DNA from: Eledone cirrhosa
Lineage: Eukaryota
Reading direction: 5' to 3'
Assembly: GCA_964016885.1 (NCBI GenBank)
Contig: OZ024740.1
Span: 441,068,001 to 441,132,000, forward strand
DNA length: 64,000 nt
Position 1 is the stretch's first letter. Every line of letters begins with the position of its first letter. The translations under genes were made by a program, and so were the position numbers. Shown piece by piece: positions 30,804-42,337 of the stretch. Under the pieces are notes generated by a model. The model had not been told where the DNA came from, made no database searches, and was given only the letters and a program-made list of their open reading frames with translations.

Positions 30804-33800
30804 TTACAGATATATACTCAGAGTCGGTCCATTCACTCGGGCCATTCTTGCTTCTCTCACCCATCTTTCAACAAAATGCTGGGAAGAGAGCACTTCCTTC
30901 TCTACTCTGATTTTCCTTTTCAAATGAAATTTGAAAAAGTCAATCAGAGCATCACCGAAGAGGTAAGTGCTCGTCTTCAGCCCTTTCAAACGTGTCCACC
31001 ATACTATCTCTTTCGCCATGGCCACCAGACAGATAAAAACTGCCTGCCCTTCCCGGCTAAAGGAGGAGGGCGGGGCAATCCTCACGATAGACTCAGATGA
31101 TAGCTGGATCCGTCCTAAACGCGACAGCAGGTGTTCGACATAAACCCACAAGTCAGCAATTTTCGGACACTGGACGAGTGAGTGCAGGACGGTTTCGTCG
31201 CCCTGCGCGCATCTCGGACATGCCCGGCTGACGGCACCTCCATGCCTGTAGAGTTTATCCCGAACTGGCAAGGCTCCTCGGTAGCACTGCCAGGCCAGAG
31301 ATTTCTGGAAGTTGTCCATAGGCCCCGGCCCGAAAGTTCTTCCGAAGAGATTGGCTAGTTGATTTTCGTCGACGCCTAGAGTTTCCCCAAGTACGTCGTC
31401 GCTCTTCCCCTCCACTAATCCTCTATAGAACGCCGAGGTGGAGTTTCCACCGATCACATTGCCCGATTGGTCGAGGGCTGTGAGCGCCTGAAGACATTCC
31501 AGTCTCCAGGCGCTCCCTCTCGGTCTTCGCTTGACCCAGGACTGCAGCTCCGTCAAAGAAACGAGCTGGGGAAAAACGCGTCTAGCAAACGGCGACCACA
31601 CCTGATCACCGTCGAGGAAGAGGTGGAGATGTCGTAGCCTGAGCGCGTGCCTGCGCATCATCAGCCACGGCATGCCCAGCCCTCCACGTAGCGGGTGTTG
31701 ACAACAGATGGACCGCCTGACCATCGGAGCACGTCCCTTCCACAAAAAGCGAAAGAGCAAACGCTCCAGCGCAGTCAGGCGAGGCTTAGGACAAGGTACG
31801 ACGGTTAGGCGGTAGCAGATGACAGACGCGATGTACGCGTTAGCCACCTCCGCTCGACCTTTCAGGGATAGCTTCCTCTCCGCCCATTTCTGGGTGAGAG
31901 AAGCCACCCTGCTCGTCACCTCGTCCCAGTTTTTGTCCGTCTGGAGGTCCGGACCGAACCAGACCCCTAGCAATTTAACCGGTCCGTCCGTCCAGCGCCC
32001 GACGACGCTGTTGGACGGCATGGACCTGCCTCTCCAGGTGCCGAGCTGCAGGCCCACTGACTTTTCCTGGTTGATCATTGCTCCTGTCACCGCTTCGTAT
32101 TCTCTTAGTGTAGTGCCGATCGCCTCGATGTGTTTGGCGTTCGACACCACTACGGTGACATCGTCCGCATATGCTGACACGGATCTTCCGCATCCTAGTT
32201 CGCGCGGGACTCCCCTCAACGTCTCCAGTTTGTGCAGTAATGGCTCGAGAGTCAATACGTACAAGAGGGACGAGAGGGGACATCCTTGGCGGACCGAGCG
32301 CATGATGTTGAACGGTTCCGACAGGTGACCGTTCACTCTCACCACAGAGCAGATGTCGCTGTGCATGGCAGCGATCCAGCCTCTGAAGACGGGCCCAAAG
32401 CCAGCCGCCCTCAGGACTGCCGCTAGGTAACGATGGTCGACCCTATCGAAAGCTTTCGACTGATCTAAATTGATCAAGGACCCACCCGTGCCAGGTTCCC
32501 TAGCTACCCTCTCTACGATGTATCGCATGAGGTGGAGGTTGTCGTGGATGGATCTGTCGGGAATGGCGCATGTCTGCGCCTCTCCCACCAGACCACCAAC
32601 GACAAGCGCCAACCTCTTTGCTAGCACCTTGGCCAAAATCTTAAACTCTGTGTTTAGCAGAGTTATGGGCCGGAAATTGTCTATGTTATCCCCCTTGTTC
32701 GGATCCTTTCTCAGCAGTGCCACCGCTCCTCGGCTCACAGAACTGGGAATTCTCCCGTTCTGTTGCCAGTTGCAGTAGACGTCCGCCAAGAGGCCTCCGA
32801 ACAAGTCTGGCATCTGTACGTAAAGTTCATAGGGCAGACCATCCAAACCAGGCGATTTACCCCTTGTGCAGCCAGTCATTGCCTCCCGTACTTCAGCGGC
32901 TGTTATCGGCTTTTCGCAACACTTCGCCTCAGTGGCCGAGAGCCGCGGCAGTCCGTCGAGGTAGACACTAAAGTCCATCCCTCTACCCGGCCCCCCGCTG
33001 CCCCCGAACAGCTGAGCGAAGTGTCGCTGAAAAGCTTCACACATTTGCCCGGGATCGAGTAGCATGCGCCCGTCGTGGTCCACCAAAGACCGGATCGTGG
33101 CTTTGTTGCCACGACGCGCCTCCGCCACTCGGGCCCATTGAACGGCTTTCGTCCCCTCGTGTCTGAGAGCACGCACCCTAGCTCTGACAACGCAGCCTTC
33201 GTGCTTTGCATTGAAGAATTGGTCAAGGGCCAATTTCGCCGCAAGCACGTCGGTCGCAATGCCTTTGCTAAGCGCCTCGTCTAATTTTCTAACTAGTTCT
33301 CCCTCTGCTCTATTTTTCTCTATTGCTAAAGCCTTACTAAACCTAATCGATTCTATTCTAATCGCTCTTTTCAGAGCAAACCACCACTTGTTGTTGACGA
33401 TGGCCCCCGTCAACGCCCGCTTAACTAGTTCGCTAATCCGGTCTCTGTAGGCCTTGCGCGCTGGTAAGGACGCGTTTAGCTTCCAGTAGCCGGGTCCTCG
33501 TCTATGAAGCCTATCTAAGTCAAGCACACAGATCACGAATTTGTGGTCCGTGTAGCTGACTATCTTGAATTGTGGACAGCCTATGCTAGACCTATCTATT
33601 TCCCTACAAAATACTCTATCTAGATATGATCTGGATGACCCTATGCGGTTTGTCCAAGTCCACATTGGCACATTCGGGAAATCCAATCGGTACCTGTCAG
33701 ACAGTTCAAAACGCCTGAGCAGGTTGGTGAGGCTCTTGCACCCTCCACCCCTATCCGCTAATCCCACACAGTCCCAGCGTGCATCTAAGATCCCGTTCCA

Positions 33801-34223
33801 GTCGCCCACTAACACTAAAGAGCGGGACGTTCCAAGAAAGGTCTCCAGACGCCGGAAGAAATCAGGCCGCCCTGCTCCTGTCGGGGCATAGACGGCCACT
33901 AGCCTGAAAGATTGCCCGTCTCCGCTGGTCACGTCCAGCACCACCAGCTTACCCTCTGGGTCCAGGAAGATGGCCCGTATGGCGAGATCCAAACCTCTCC
34001 GAAAAAGTACAGCAACTCCTCCACCGGATCCAGGACGGCTGGGAGATGCGTACACATCGTAGCCGCCGAAGATCGGTGCGAAGGCCCGTGCTTCGGAGAT
34101 TCTGGTCTCGCTGATGGCCACTACATCTATGTTTAGTGACCTGAGGTCGTTGAGCAGGTGACCCTGCTTCCATGACGACCCCAAGCCACGCGCATTTATG
34201 CTGCCTATTCTGAGTGAGGTCAT
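30804..34223 (-). CDS. Unit 3 ORF2p APE-RT-ZnF (1139 aa)
   Basis: All EN and RT motifs intact, including VRQGCPLS and YADD. Confidence 0.95.
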   Translation of the reverse strand: MTSLRIGSINARGLGSSWKQGHLLNDLRSLNIDVVAISETRISEARAFAPIFGGYDVYASPSRPGSGGGVAVLFRRGLDLAIRAIFLDPEGKLVVLDVTSGDGQSFRLVAVYAPTGAGRPDFFRRLETFLGTSRSLVLVGDWNGILDARWDCVGLADRGGGCKSLTNLLRRFELSDRYRLDFPNVPMWTWTNRIGSSRSYLDRVFCREIDRSSIGCPQFKIVSYTDHKFVICVLDLDRLHRRGPGYWKLNASLPARKAYRDRISELVKRALTGAIVNNKWWFALKRAIRIESIRFSKALAIEKNRAEGELVRKLDEALSKGIATDVLAAKLALDQFFNAKHEGCVVRARVRALRHEGTKAVQWARVAEARRGNKATIRSLVDHDGRMLLDPGQMCEAFQRHFAQLFGGSGGPGRGMDFSVYLDGLPRLSATEAKCCEKPITAAEVREAMTGCTRGKSPGLDGLPYELYVQMPDLFGGLLADVYCNWQQNGRIPSSVSRGAVALLRKDPNKGDNIDNFRPITLLNTEFKILAKVLAKRLALVVGGLVGEAQTCAIPDRSIHDNLHLMRYIVERVAREPGTGGSLINLDQSKAFDRVDHRYLAAVLRAAGFGPVFRGWIAAMHSDICSVVRVNGHLSEPFNIMRSVRQGCPLSSLLYVLTLEPLLHKLETLRGVPRELGCGRSVSAYADDVTVVVSNAKHIEAIGTTLREYEAVTGAMINQEKSVGLQLGTWRGRSMPSNSVVGRWTDGPVKLLGVWFGPDLQTDKNWDEVTSRVASLTQKWAERKLSLKGRAEVANAYIASVICYRLTVVPCPKPRLTALERLLFRFLWKGRAPMVRRSICCQHPLRGGLGMPWLMMRRHALRLRHLHLFLDGDQVWSPFARRVFPQLVSLTELQSWVKRRPRGSAWRLECLQALTALDQSGNVIGGNSTSAFYRGLVEGKSDDVLGETLGVDENQLANLFGRTFGPGPMDNFQKSLAWQCYRGALPVRDKLYRHGGAVSRACPRCAQGDETVLHSLVQCPKIADLWVYVEHLLSRLGRIQLSSESIVRIAPPSSFSREGQAVFICLVAMAKEIVWWTRLKGLKTSTYLFGDALIDFFKFHLKRKIRVEKEVLSSQHFVERWVREARMARVNGPTLSIYL

Positions 34224-34258
34224 GTTTAAAATAGAGTGGAAAAGATGGGAAAGACCAC

Positions 34259-36307
34259 TTACCGTATTTTTGGTAGAGGAGGGATGGTTTTTACATCCCT
34301 TTTCACTTGATCGTCTGGTGAAGGGACCGTTGAATCGTCCCTTCGGCTGGTCGTCGGCTCTTCTAAGAGAATGTCTGAATATACTCTTCGATTAATGGTT
34401 CCTCCTAGGTCCCTGAAATCACCAACTGCGTTGGGGAATTTCGTTTTAATGTTTGTGTATTGTTTCTGTGCTATTTTTAGCAGTCTTATGTTAGTTGGCG
34501 TTTTGATTGGTGCTGGTATTATGTAGTCCTGTTGTGAAATGTCTGTGTGTTCAATTATGTAAGTCATTAGTTTCTTGTTGTGTGTGTTTATTGCCGTGCA
34601 TTTGTTTTTCTGGGGGTGGGGTGTGGTTCTGCTATTTTCTTGTCGTTGTTGCTGGGTGTGTGTGTTTTGTTGTTGTGTTTGCGATGTTGGTGCTTGTGGT
34701 GGTGGTGTTAAAGGTGTTGTTGGCGGTGGTGATGGTGGTGCTAGTGTGGGTGGTGATGGTGTTGGTGTTGTTGCTGCTGTGGGTCTCTTTGCAGTAGACT
34801 TTACCCTTTTCTCATTTCTTTCCTCCCTTTTCAAAGGCGACGATGCGCTGCTTCTGCGTTTGTGCCTTCTTACGACCTTTTGCCATCCCTCTCCCACCTC
34901 ACACTCCATGTCTGATTCTGTGAGGTCGGGGAGGGGTACCAGCTCCACTCTTTCACTTGTTGTTGGTGATGTTTGCACTGGAGTCTCTGTTGCAGCTGCA
35001 TTTGGTATTGCTGTTGTTGTTGTTAATATTTCCACTGCTGCTGCTGTTTTTGATTTCCGTGGAGTGGGTATGGGTGCCACGGACCTATCGTTCCTGGTTG
35101 CCGCTTGTCCTGTTGCTGGTAGCCGTGGAGCCGGATTCGGAAGGAGGGGGGTTTTCTCCTTTCTCAGGGTCTTCTCGTTGCAGAAGGCCCTGAGGTGAGT
35201 CTTCGATCCACAGCGAAAGCATTTCGGGCGTTTGCCCTCAACACTTATGGGCAGTTGAGTGCCGTTATCGAAGTCTATCACATCCGGGATAGCTTCGATG
35301 CACTCCTGGTTGGTTTGGATTAGCATCTCAATGGAGGAGCCGACCCAATCTTCTCTTACTTTTTTCTGTACTTGCAGTACAGTTGTTTTGTCCTCGATTC
35401 CGATTAGGACAGACGCGGCCAGCCAAGAAGGGGTCATTCCGGGGGGGACGTGGGTCAGTTTGACCCTCACAATTTTTTGCCCGCAGTAGGAGGGCACCAA
35501 CACCATTTCCTCGCTCCTTAGGGTCACTACTGATTGGGCTTTTGCCTCCTGGGGTGTGGCAAAAAGTACGTCTACGGTGGCATATTTTTTGCCTCGGGTG
35601 ATGTGCGTTTTCCGCTGCCACACAGACCCCAAGGCATTTTGTATTTGGGCCTCTGTGGCTCTTTCCACCCTACGGGATTTTGTACTTACTGTACGGTACG
35701 TGACCGTACAGTGCTCTTGGGTTTCGAAAAATTTTTCCGCTGCCTTGCAGATTGCTCGGTGTCCGTTCTTTGTCACCATCTTCTTCGCTTCCTCTAATTC
35801 CTCATTTGTTATGAGGATTGTTTCCAAGTTTTTCGCAATACCTGCAAATGAGATTGGTTTTTCTCTGCTGTTGTTGTTGCCGTCAGAGCTGCTGGTACTT
35901 TTGTTGTTGCTGCAGGTACTACGACTACTGCCTCCGCCGCTGTTGCTGTGGTTGTTGTTGGTGTTGCTGGTGATGCTGTTGCGGCTGCTACTGTTGTTTT
36001 CATTGTCACTGTTGCTGTTGTTATTACGGCTGCTACTGCTATTATTCCTGACGTCAGACGAATGAACTGGGTTTTCGTATTTCCCGCACACCTGTTTCGT
36101 CGCTGTCGTCGTCGTCGTGGAGAAACCTTGCACGCTTTGCACGAGACTTTTCTTTTCTTTCGTCGCTTGCGAAAGAGAAGGGAGGGAGAGAGACACATTT
36201 AAAGAAGGGAGGGAGAGAGACAATCTTCTCTCTGCTGTAGTGATGATTGAGGAAGAAGAAGACGGAATGAGTGGGAGTGACGTATGAAATTTCTTTTTGG
36301 TAGCCAT
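34259..36307 (-). CDS. Unit 3 ORF1p (short variant)
   Basis: CCHC knuckle; open frame. Confidence 0.9.
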   Translation of the reverse strand: MATKKKFHTSLPLIPSSSSSIITTAERRLSLSLPSLNVSLSLPSLSQATKEKKSLVQSVQGFSTTTTTATKQVCGKYENPVHSSDVRNNSSSSRNNNSNSDNENNSSSRNSITSNTNNNHSNSGGGSSRSTCSNNKSTSSSDGNNNSREKPISFAGIAKNLETILITNEELEEAKKMVTKNGHRAICKAAEKFFETQEHCTVTYRTVSTKSRRVERATEAQIQNALGSVWQRKTHITRGKKYATVDVLFATPQEAKAQSVVTLRSEEMVLVPSYCGQKIVRVKLTHVPPGMTPSWLAASVLIGIEDKTTVLQVQKKVREDWVGSSIEMLIQTNQECIEAIPDVIDFDNGTQLPISVEGKRPKCFRCGSKTHLRAFCNEKTLRKEKTPLLPNPAPRLPATGQAATRNDRSVAPIPTPRKSKTAAAVEILTTTTAIPNAAATETPVQTSPTTSERVELVPLPDLTESDMECEVGEGWQKVVRRHKRRSSASSPLKREERNEKRVKSTAKRPTAATTPTPSPPTLAPPSPPPTTPLTPPPQAPTSQTQQQNTHTQQQRQENSRTTPHPQKNKCTAINTHNKKLMTYIIEHTDISQQDYIIPAPIKTPTNIRLLKIAQKQYTNIKTKFPNAVGDFRDLGGTINRRVYSDILLEEPTTSRRDDSTVPSPDDQVKRDVKTIPPLPKIR

Positions 36308-36833
36308 GTTTTTTTGTTTAAAATGAAATTTTGGGTACAAAACCCCAATAACTGGTTATTTAACCCCGAAGGGCCAAATAACGGACAGAAAGACCCCTCT
36401 CACGAGGAGGAGGGTGTCTTTATCAACAATTTGGTTCAAGTTTTAAACAATTTACAATTGTTTTAACGGTTAAAAATTACTATACCTTACAGAGCCGAGC
36501 CTCCGTCAACCATGGCATTCAATAATAATAATAATAATAGCAATAATAATAATAACGACACCAACAATAATGATTTCTTTATTAACCACAAGGGTTTACA
36601 TAAAGTAGACATTAAGGACAGTGCAGGACAATGCAGGACGGTACAAATGGGCATTTCTGCGTGTAAAAAAACAAAAACAGAGGATGTAACAAAAATAACA
36701 ATGAAAATAACAATGAAAAATTCCCCAATAGGGGGGAGACTTCGGAGGGACATTTGTGGAGAAAGCCCAGTAAAAAGCCACAATGACCCTGACCACCAAG
36801 GCAAGTGCCCTCTCCCAGTTTTCCACCTTTAGT

Positions 36834-39800
36834 TTACAGATATATACTCAGAGTCGGCCCATTCACTCGGGCCATTCTTGCTTCTCTCACCCATCTTTCA
36901 ACAAAATGCTGGGAAGAGAGCACTTCCTTCTCTACTCTGATTTTCCTTTTCAAATGAAATTTGAAAAAGTCAATCAGAGCATCACCGAAGAGGTAAGTGC
37001 TCGTCTTCAGCCCTTTCAAACGTGTCCACCATACTATCTCTTTCGCCATGGCCACCAGACAGATAAAAACTGCCTGCCCTTCCCGGCTAAAGGAGGAGGG
37101 CGGGGCAATCCTCACGATAGACTCAGATGATAGCTGGATCCGTCCTAAACGCGACAGCAGGTGTTCGACATAAACCCACAAGTCAGCAATTTTCGGACAC
37201 TGGACGAGTGCGTGCAGGACGGTTTCGTCGCCCTGCGCGCATCTCGGACATGCCCGGCTGACGGCACCTCCATGCCTGTAGAGTTTATCCCGAACTGGCA
37301 AGGCTCCTCGGTAGCACTGCCAGGCCAGAGATTTCTGGAAGTTGTCCATAGGCCCTGGCCCGAAAGTTCTTCCGAAGAGATTGGCTAGTTGATTTTCGTC
37401 GACGCCTAGAGTTTCCCCAAGTACGTCGTCGCTCTTCCCCTCCACTAATCCTCTATAGAACGCCGAGGTGGAGTTTCCACCGATCACATTGCCCGATTGG
37501 TCGAGGGCTGTGAGCGCCTGAAGACATTCCAGTCTCCAGGCGCTCCCTCTCGGTCTTCGCTTGACCCAGGACTGCAGCTCCGTTAAGGAAACGAGCTGGG
37601 GAAAAACGCGTCTAGCAAACGGCGACCACACCTGATCACCGTCGAGGAAGAGGTGGAGATGTCGTAGCCTGAGCGCGTGCCTGCGCATCATCAGCCACGG
37701 CATGCCCAGCCCTCCACGTAGCGGGTGTTGACAACAGATGGACCGCCTGACCATCGGAGCACGTCCCTTCCACAAAAAGCGAAAGAGCAAACGCTCCAGC
37801 GCAGTCAGGCGAGGCTTAGGACAAGGTACGACGGTTAGGCGGTAGCAGATGACAGACGCGATGTACGCGTTAGCCACCTCCGCTCGACCTTTCAGGGATA
37901 GCTTCCTCTCCGCCCATTTCTGGGTGAGAGAAGCCACCCTGCTCGTCACCTCGTCCCAGTTTTTGTCCGTCTGGAGGTCCGGACCGAACCAGACCCCTAG
38001 CAATTTAACCGGTCCGTCCGTCCAGCGCCCGACGACGCTGTTGGACGGCATGGACCTGCCTCTCCAGGTGCCGAGCTGCAGGCCCACTGACTTTTCCTGG
38101 TTGATCATCGCTCCTGTCACCGCTTCGTATTCTCTTAGTGTAGTGCCGATCGCCTCGATGTGTTTGGCGTTCGACACCACTACGGTGACATCGTCCGCAT
38201 ATGCTGACACGGATCTTCCGCATCCTAGTTCGCGCGGGACTCCCCTCAACGTCTCCAGTTTGTGCAGTAATGGCTCGAGAGTCAATACGTACAAGAGGGA
38301 CGAGAGGGGACATCCTTGGCGGACCGAGCGCATGATGTTGAACGGTTCCGACAGGTGACCGTTCACTCTCACCACAGAGCAGATGTCGCTGTGCATGGCA
38401 GCGATCCAGCCTCTGAAGACGGGCCCAAAGCCAGCCGCCCTCAGGACTGCCGCTAGGTAACGATGGTCGACCCTATCGAAAGCTTTCGACTGATCTAAAT
38501 TGATCAAGGACCCACCCGTGCCAGGTTCCCTAGCTACCCTCTCTACGATGTATCGCATGAGGTGGAGGTTGTCGTGGATGGATCTGTCGGGAATGGCGCA
38601 TGTCTGCGCCTCTCCCACCAGACCACCAACGACAAGCGCCAACCTCTTTGCTAGCACCTTGGCCAAAATCTTAAACTCTGTGTTTAGCAGAGTTATGGGC
38701 CGGAAATTGTCTATGTTATCCCCCTTGTTCGGATCCTTTCTCAGCAGTGCCACCGCTCCTCGGCTCACAGAACTGGGAATTCTCCCGTTCTGTTGCCAGT
38801 TGCAGTAGACGTCCGCCAAGAGGCCTCCGAACAAGTCTGGCATCTGTACGTAAAGTTCATAGGGCAGACCATCCAAACCAGGCGATTTGCCCCTTGTGCA
38901 GCCAGTCATCGCCTCCCTTACTTCAGCGGCTGTTATCGGCTTTTCGCAACACTTCGCCTCAGTGGCCGAGAGCCGCGGCAGTCCGTCGAGGTAGACACTA
39001 AAGTCCATCCCTCTACCCGGCCCCCCGCTGCCCCCGAACAGCTGAGCGAAGTGTTGCTGAAAAGCTTCACACATTTGCCCGGGATCGAGTAGCATGCGCC
39101 CGTCGTGGTCCACCAAAGACCGGATCGTGGCTTTGTTGCCACGACGCGCCTCCGCCACTCGGGCCCATTGAACGGCTTTCGTCCCCTCGTGTCTGAGAGC
39201 ACGCACCCTAGCTCTGACAACGCAGCCTTCGTGCTTTGCATTGAAGAATTGGTCAAGGGCCAATTTCGCCGCAAGCACGTCGGTCGCAATGCCTTTGCTA
39301 AGCGCCTCGTCTAATTTTCTAACTAGTTCTCCCTCTGCTCTATTTTTCTCTATTGCTAAAGCCTTACTAAACCTAATCGATTCTATTCTAATCGCTCTTT
39401 TCAGAGCAAACCACCACTTGTTGTTGACGATGGCCCCCGTCAACGCCCGCTTAACTAGTTCGCTAATCCGGTCTCTGTAGGCCTTGCGCGCTGGTAAGGA
39501 CGCGTTTAGCTTCCAGTAGCCGGGTCCTCGTCTATGAAGCCTATCTAAGTCAAGCACACAGATCACAAATTTGTGGTCCGTGTAGCTGACTATCTTGAAT
39601 TGTGGACAGCCTATGCTAGACCTATCTATTTCCCTACAAAATACTCTATCTAGATATGATCTGGATGACCCTATGCGGTTTGTCCAAGTCCACATTGGCA
39701 CATTCGGGAAATCCAATCGGTACCTGTCAGACAGTTCAAAACGCCTGAGCAGGTTGGTGAGGCTCTTGCACCCTCCACCCCTATCCGCTAATCCCACACA

Positions 39801-40253
39801 GTCCCAGCGTGCATCTAAGATCCCGTTCCAGTCGCCCACTAACACTAAAGAGCGGGACGTTCCAAGAAAGGTCTCCAGACGCCGGAAGAAATCAGGCCGC
39901 CCTGCTCCTGTCGGGGCATAGACGGCCACTAGCCTGAAAGCTTGCCCGTCTCCGCTGGTCACGTCCAGCACCACCAGCTTACCCTCTGGGTCCAGGAAGA
40001 TGGCCCGTATGGCGAGATCCAAACCTCTCCGAAAAAGCACAGCAACTCCTCCACCCGATCCAGGACGGCTGGGAGATGCGTACACATTGTAGCCGCCGAA
40101 GATCGGTGCGAAGGCCCGTGCTTCGGAGATTCTGGTCTCGCTGATGGCCACTACATCTATGTTTAGTGACCTGAGGTCGTTGAGCAGGTGACCCTGCTTC
40201 CATGACGACCCCAAGCCACGCGCATTTATGCTGCCTATTCTGAGTGAGGTCAT
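36834..40253 (-). CDS. Unit 4 ORF2p APE-RT-ZnF (1139 aa)
   Basis: All EN and RT motifs intact. Confidence 0.95.
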   Translation of the reverse strand: MTSLRIGSINARGLGSSWKQGHLLNDLRSLNIDVVAISETRISEARAFAPIFGGYNVYASPSRPGSGGGVAVLFRRGLDLAIRAIFLDPEGKLVVLDVTSGDGQAFRLVAVYAPTGAGRPDFFRRLETFLGTSRSLVLVGDWNGILDARWDCVGLADRGGGCKSLTNLLRRFELSDRYRLDFPNVPMWTWTNRIGSSRSYLDRVFCREIDRSSIGCPQFKIVSYTDHKFVICVLDLDRLHRRGPGYWKLNASLPARKAYRDRISELVKRALTGAIVNNKWWFALKRAIRIESIRFSKALAIEKNRAEGELVRKLDEALSKGIATDVLAAKLALDQFFNAKHEGCVVRARVRALRHEGTKAVQWARVAEARRGNKATIRSLVDHDGRMLLDPGQMCEAFQQHFAQLFGGSGGPGRGMDFSVYLDGLPRLSATEAKCCEKPITAAEVREAMTGCTRGKSPGLDGLPYELYVQMPDLFGGLLADVYCNWQQNGRIPSSVSRGAVALLRKDPNKGDNIDNFRPITLLNTEFKILAKVLAKRLALVVGGLVGEAQTCAIPDRSIHDNLHLMRYIVERVAREPGTGGSLINLDQSKAFDRVDHRYLAAVLRAAGFGPVFRGWIAAMHSDICSVVRVNGHLSEPFNIMRSVRQGCPLSSLLYVLTLEPLLHKLETLRGVPRELGCGRSVSAYADDVTVVVSNAKHIEAIGTTLREYEAVTGAMINQEKSVGLQLGTWRGRSMPSNSVVGRWTDGPVKLLGVWFGPDLQTDKNWDEVTSRVASLTQKWAERKLSLKGRAEVANAYIASVICYRLTVVPCPKPRLTALERLLFRFLWKGRAPMVRRSICCQHPLRGGLGMPWLMMRRHALRLRHLHLFLDGDQVWSPFARRVFPQLVSLTELQSWVKRRPRGSAWRLECLQALTALDQSGNVIGGNSTSAFYRGLVEGKSDDVLGETLGVDENQLANLFGRTFGPGPMDNFQKSLAWQCYRGALPVRDKLYRHGGAVSRACPRCAQGDETVLHALVQCPKIADLWVYVEHLLSRLGRIQLSSESIVRIAPPSSFSREGQAVFICLVAMAKEIVWWTRLKGLKTSTYLFGDALIDFFKFHLKRKIRVEKEVLSSQHFVERWVREARMARVNGPTLSIYL

Positions 40254-40288
40254 GTTTAAAATAGAGTGGAAAAGATGGGAAAGACCAC

Positions 40289-42337
40289 TTACCGTACTTT
40301 TGGTAGAGGAGGGATGGTTTTTACATCCCTTTTCACTTGATCGTCTGGTGAAGGGACCGTTGAATCGTCCCTTCGGCTGGTCGTCGGCTCTTCTAAGAGA
40401 ATGTCTGAATATACTCTTCGATTGATGGTTCCTCCTAGGTCCCTGAAATCACCAACTGCGTTGGGGAATTTCGTTTTAATGTTTGTGTATTGTTTCTGTG
40501 CTATTTTTAGCAGTCTTATGTTAGTTGGCGTTTTGATTGGTGCTGGTATTATGTAGTCCTGTTGTGAAATGTCTGTGTGTTCAATTATGTAAGTCATTAG
40601 TTTCTTGTTGTGTGTGTTTATTGCCGTGCATTTGTTTTTCTGGGGGTGGGGTGTGGTTCTGCTATTTTCTTGTCGTTGTTGCTGGGTGTGTGTGTTTTGT
40701 TGTTGTGTTTGCGATGTTGGTGCTTGTGGTGGTGGTGTTAAAGGTGTTGTTGGCGGTGGTGATGGTGGTGCTAGTGTGGGTGGTGATGGTGTTGGTGTTG
40801 TTGCTGCTGTGGGTCTCTTTGCAGTAGACTTTACCCTTTTCTCATTTCTTTCCTCCCTTTTCAAAGGCGACGATGCGCTGCTTCTGCGTTTGTGCCTTCT
40901 TACGACCTTTTGCCATCCCTCTCCCACCTCACACTCCATGTCTGATTCTGTGAGGTCGGGGAGGGGTACCAGCTCCACTCTTTCACTTGTTGTTGGTGAT
41001 GTTTGCACTGGAGTCTCTGTTGCAGCTGCATTTGGTATTGCTGTTGTTGTTGTTAATATTTCCACTGCTGCTGCTGTTTTTGATTTCCGTGGAGTGGGTA
41101 TGGGTGCCACGGACCTATCGTTCCTGGTTGCCGCTTGTCCTGTTGCTGGTAGCCGTGGAGCCGGATTCGGAAGGAGGGGGGTTTTCTCCTTTCTCAGGGT
41201 CTTCTCGTTGCAGAAGGCCCTGAGGTGAGTCTTCGATCCACAGCGAAAGCATTTCGGGCGTTTGCCCTCAACACTTATGGGCAGTTGAGTGCCGTTATCG
41301 AAGTCTATCACATCCGGGATAGCTTCGATGCACTCCTGGTTGGTTTGGATTAGCATCTCAATGGAGGAGCCGACCCAATCTTCTCTTACTTTTTTCTGTA
41401 CTTGCAGTACAGTTGTTTTGTCCTCGATTCCGATTAGGACAGACGCGGCCAGCCAAGAAGGGGTCATTCCGGGGGGGACGTGGGTCAGTTTGACCCTCAC
41501 AATTTTTTGCCCGCAGTAGGAGGGCACCAACACCATTTCCTCGCTCCTTAGGGTCACTACTGATTGGGCTTTTGCCTCCTGGGGTGTGGCAAAAAGTACG
41601 TCTACGGTGGCATATTTTTTGCCTCGGGTGATGTGCGTTTTCCGCTGCCACACAGACCCCAAGGCATTTTGTATTTGGGCCTCTGTGGCTCTTTCCACCC
41701 TACGGGATTTTGTACTTACTGTACGGTACGTGACCGTACAGTGCTCTTGGGTTTCGAAAAATTTTTCCGCTGCCTTGCAGATTGCTCGGTGTCCGTTCTT
41801 TGTCACCATCTTCTTCGCTTCCTCTAATTCCTCATTTGTTATGAGGATTGTTTCCAAGTTTTTCGCAATACCTGCAAATGAGATTGGTTTTTCTCTGCTG
41901 TTGTTGTTGCCGTCAGAGCTGCTGGTACTTTTGTTGTTGCTGCAGGTACTACGACTACTGCCTCCGCCGCTGTTGCTGTGGTTGTTGTTGGTGTTGCTGG
42001 TGATGCTGTTGCGGCTGCTACTGTTGTTTTCATTGTCACTGTTGCTGTTGTTATTACGGCTGCTACTGCTATTATTCCTGACGTCAGACGAATGAACTGG
42101 GTTTTCGTATTTCCCGCACACCTGTTTCGTCGCTGTCGTCGTCGTCGTGGAGAAACCTTGCACGCTTTGCACGAGACTTTTCTTTTCTTTCGTCGCTTGC
42201 GAAAGAGAAGGGAGGGAGAGAGACACATTTAAAGAAGGGAGGGAGAGAGACAATCTTCTCTCTGCTGTAGTGATGATTGAGGAAGAAGAAGACGGAATGA
42301 GTGGGAGTGACGTATGAAATTTCTTTTTGGTAGCCAT
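40289..42337 (-). CDS. Unit 4 ORF1p (short variant)
   Basis: CCHC knuckle; open frame. Confidence 0.9.
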   Translation of the reverse strand: MATKKKFHTSLPLIPSSSSSIITTAERRLSLSLPSLNVSLSLPSLSQATKEKKSLVQSVQGFSTTTTTATKQVCGKYENPVHSSDVRNNSSSSRNNNSNSDNENNSSSRNSITSNTNNNHSNSGGGSSRSTCSNNKSTSSSDGNNNSREKPISFAGIAKNLETILITNEELEEAKKMVTKNGHRAICKAAEKFFETQEHCTVTYRTVSTKSRRVERATEAQIQNALGSVWQRKTHITRGKKYATVDVLFATPQEAKAQSVVTLRSEEMVLVPSYCGQKIVRVKLTHVPPGMTPSWLAASVLIGIEDKTTVLQVQKKVREDWVGSSIEMLIQTNQECIEAIPDVIDFDNGTQLPISVEGKRPKCFRCGSKTHLRAFCNEKTLRKEKTPLLPNPAPRLPATGQAATRNDRSVAPIPTPRKSKTAAAVEILTTTTAIPNAAATETPVQTSPTTSERVELVPLPDLTESDMECEVGEGWQKVVRRHKRRSSASSPLKREERNEKRVKSTAKRPTAATTPTPSPPTLAPPSPPPTTPLTPPPQAPTSQTQQQNTHTQQQRQENSRTTPHPQKNKCTAINTHNKKLMTYIIEHTDISQQDYIIPAPIKTPTNIRLLKIAQKQYTNIKTKFPNAVGDFRDLGGTINRRVYSDILLEEPTTSRRDDSTVPSPDDQVKRDVKTIPPLPKVR

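Larger units (their letters stand above)
30490..36520 (-). mobile_element. Tx1-like LINE unit 3
   Basis: Full-length copy, 6031 bp. Confidence 0.95.
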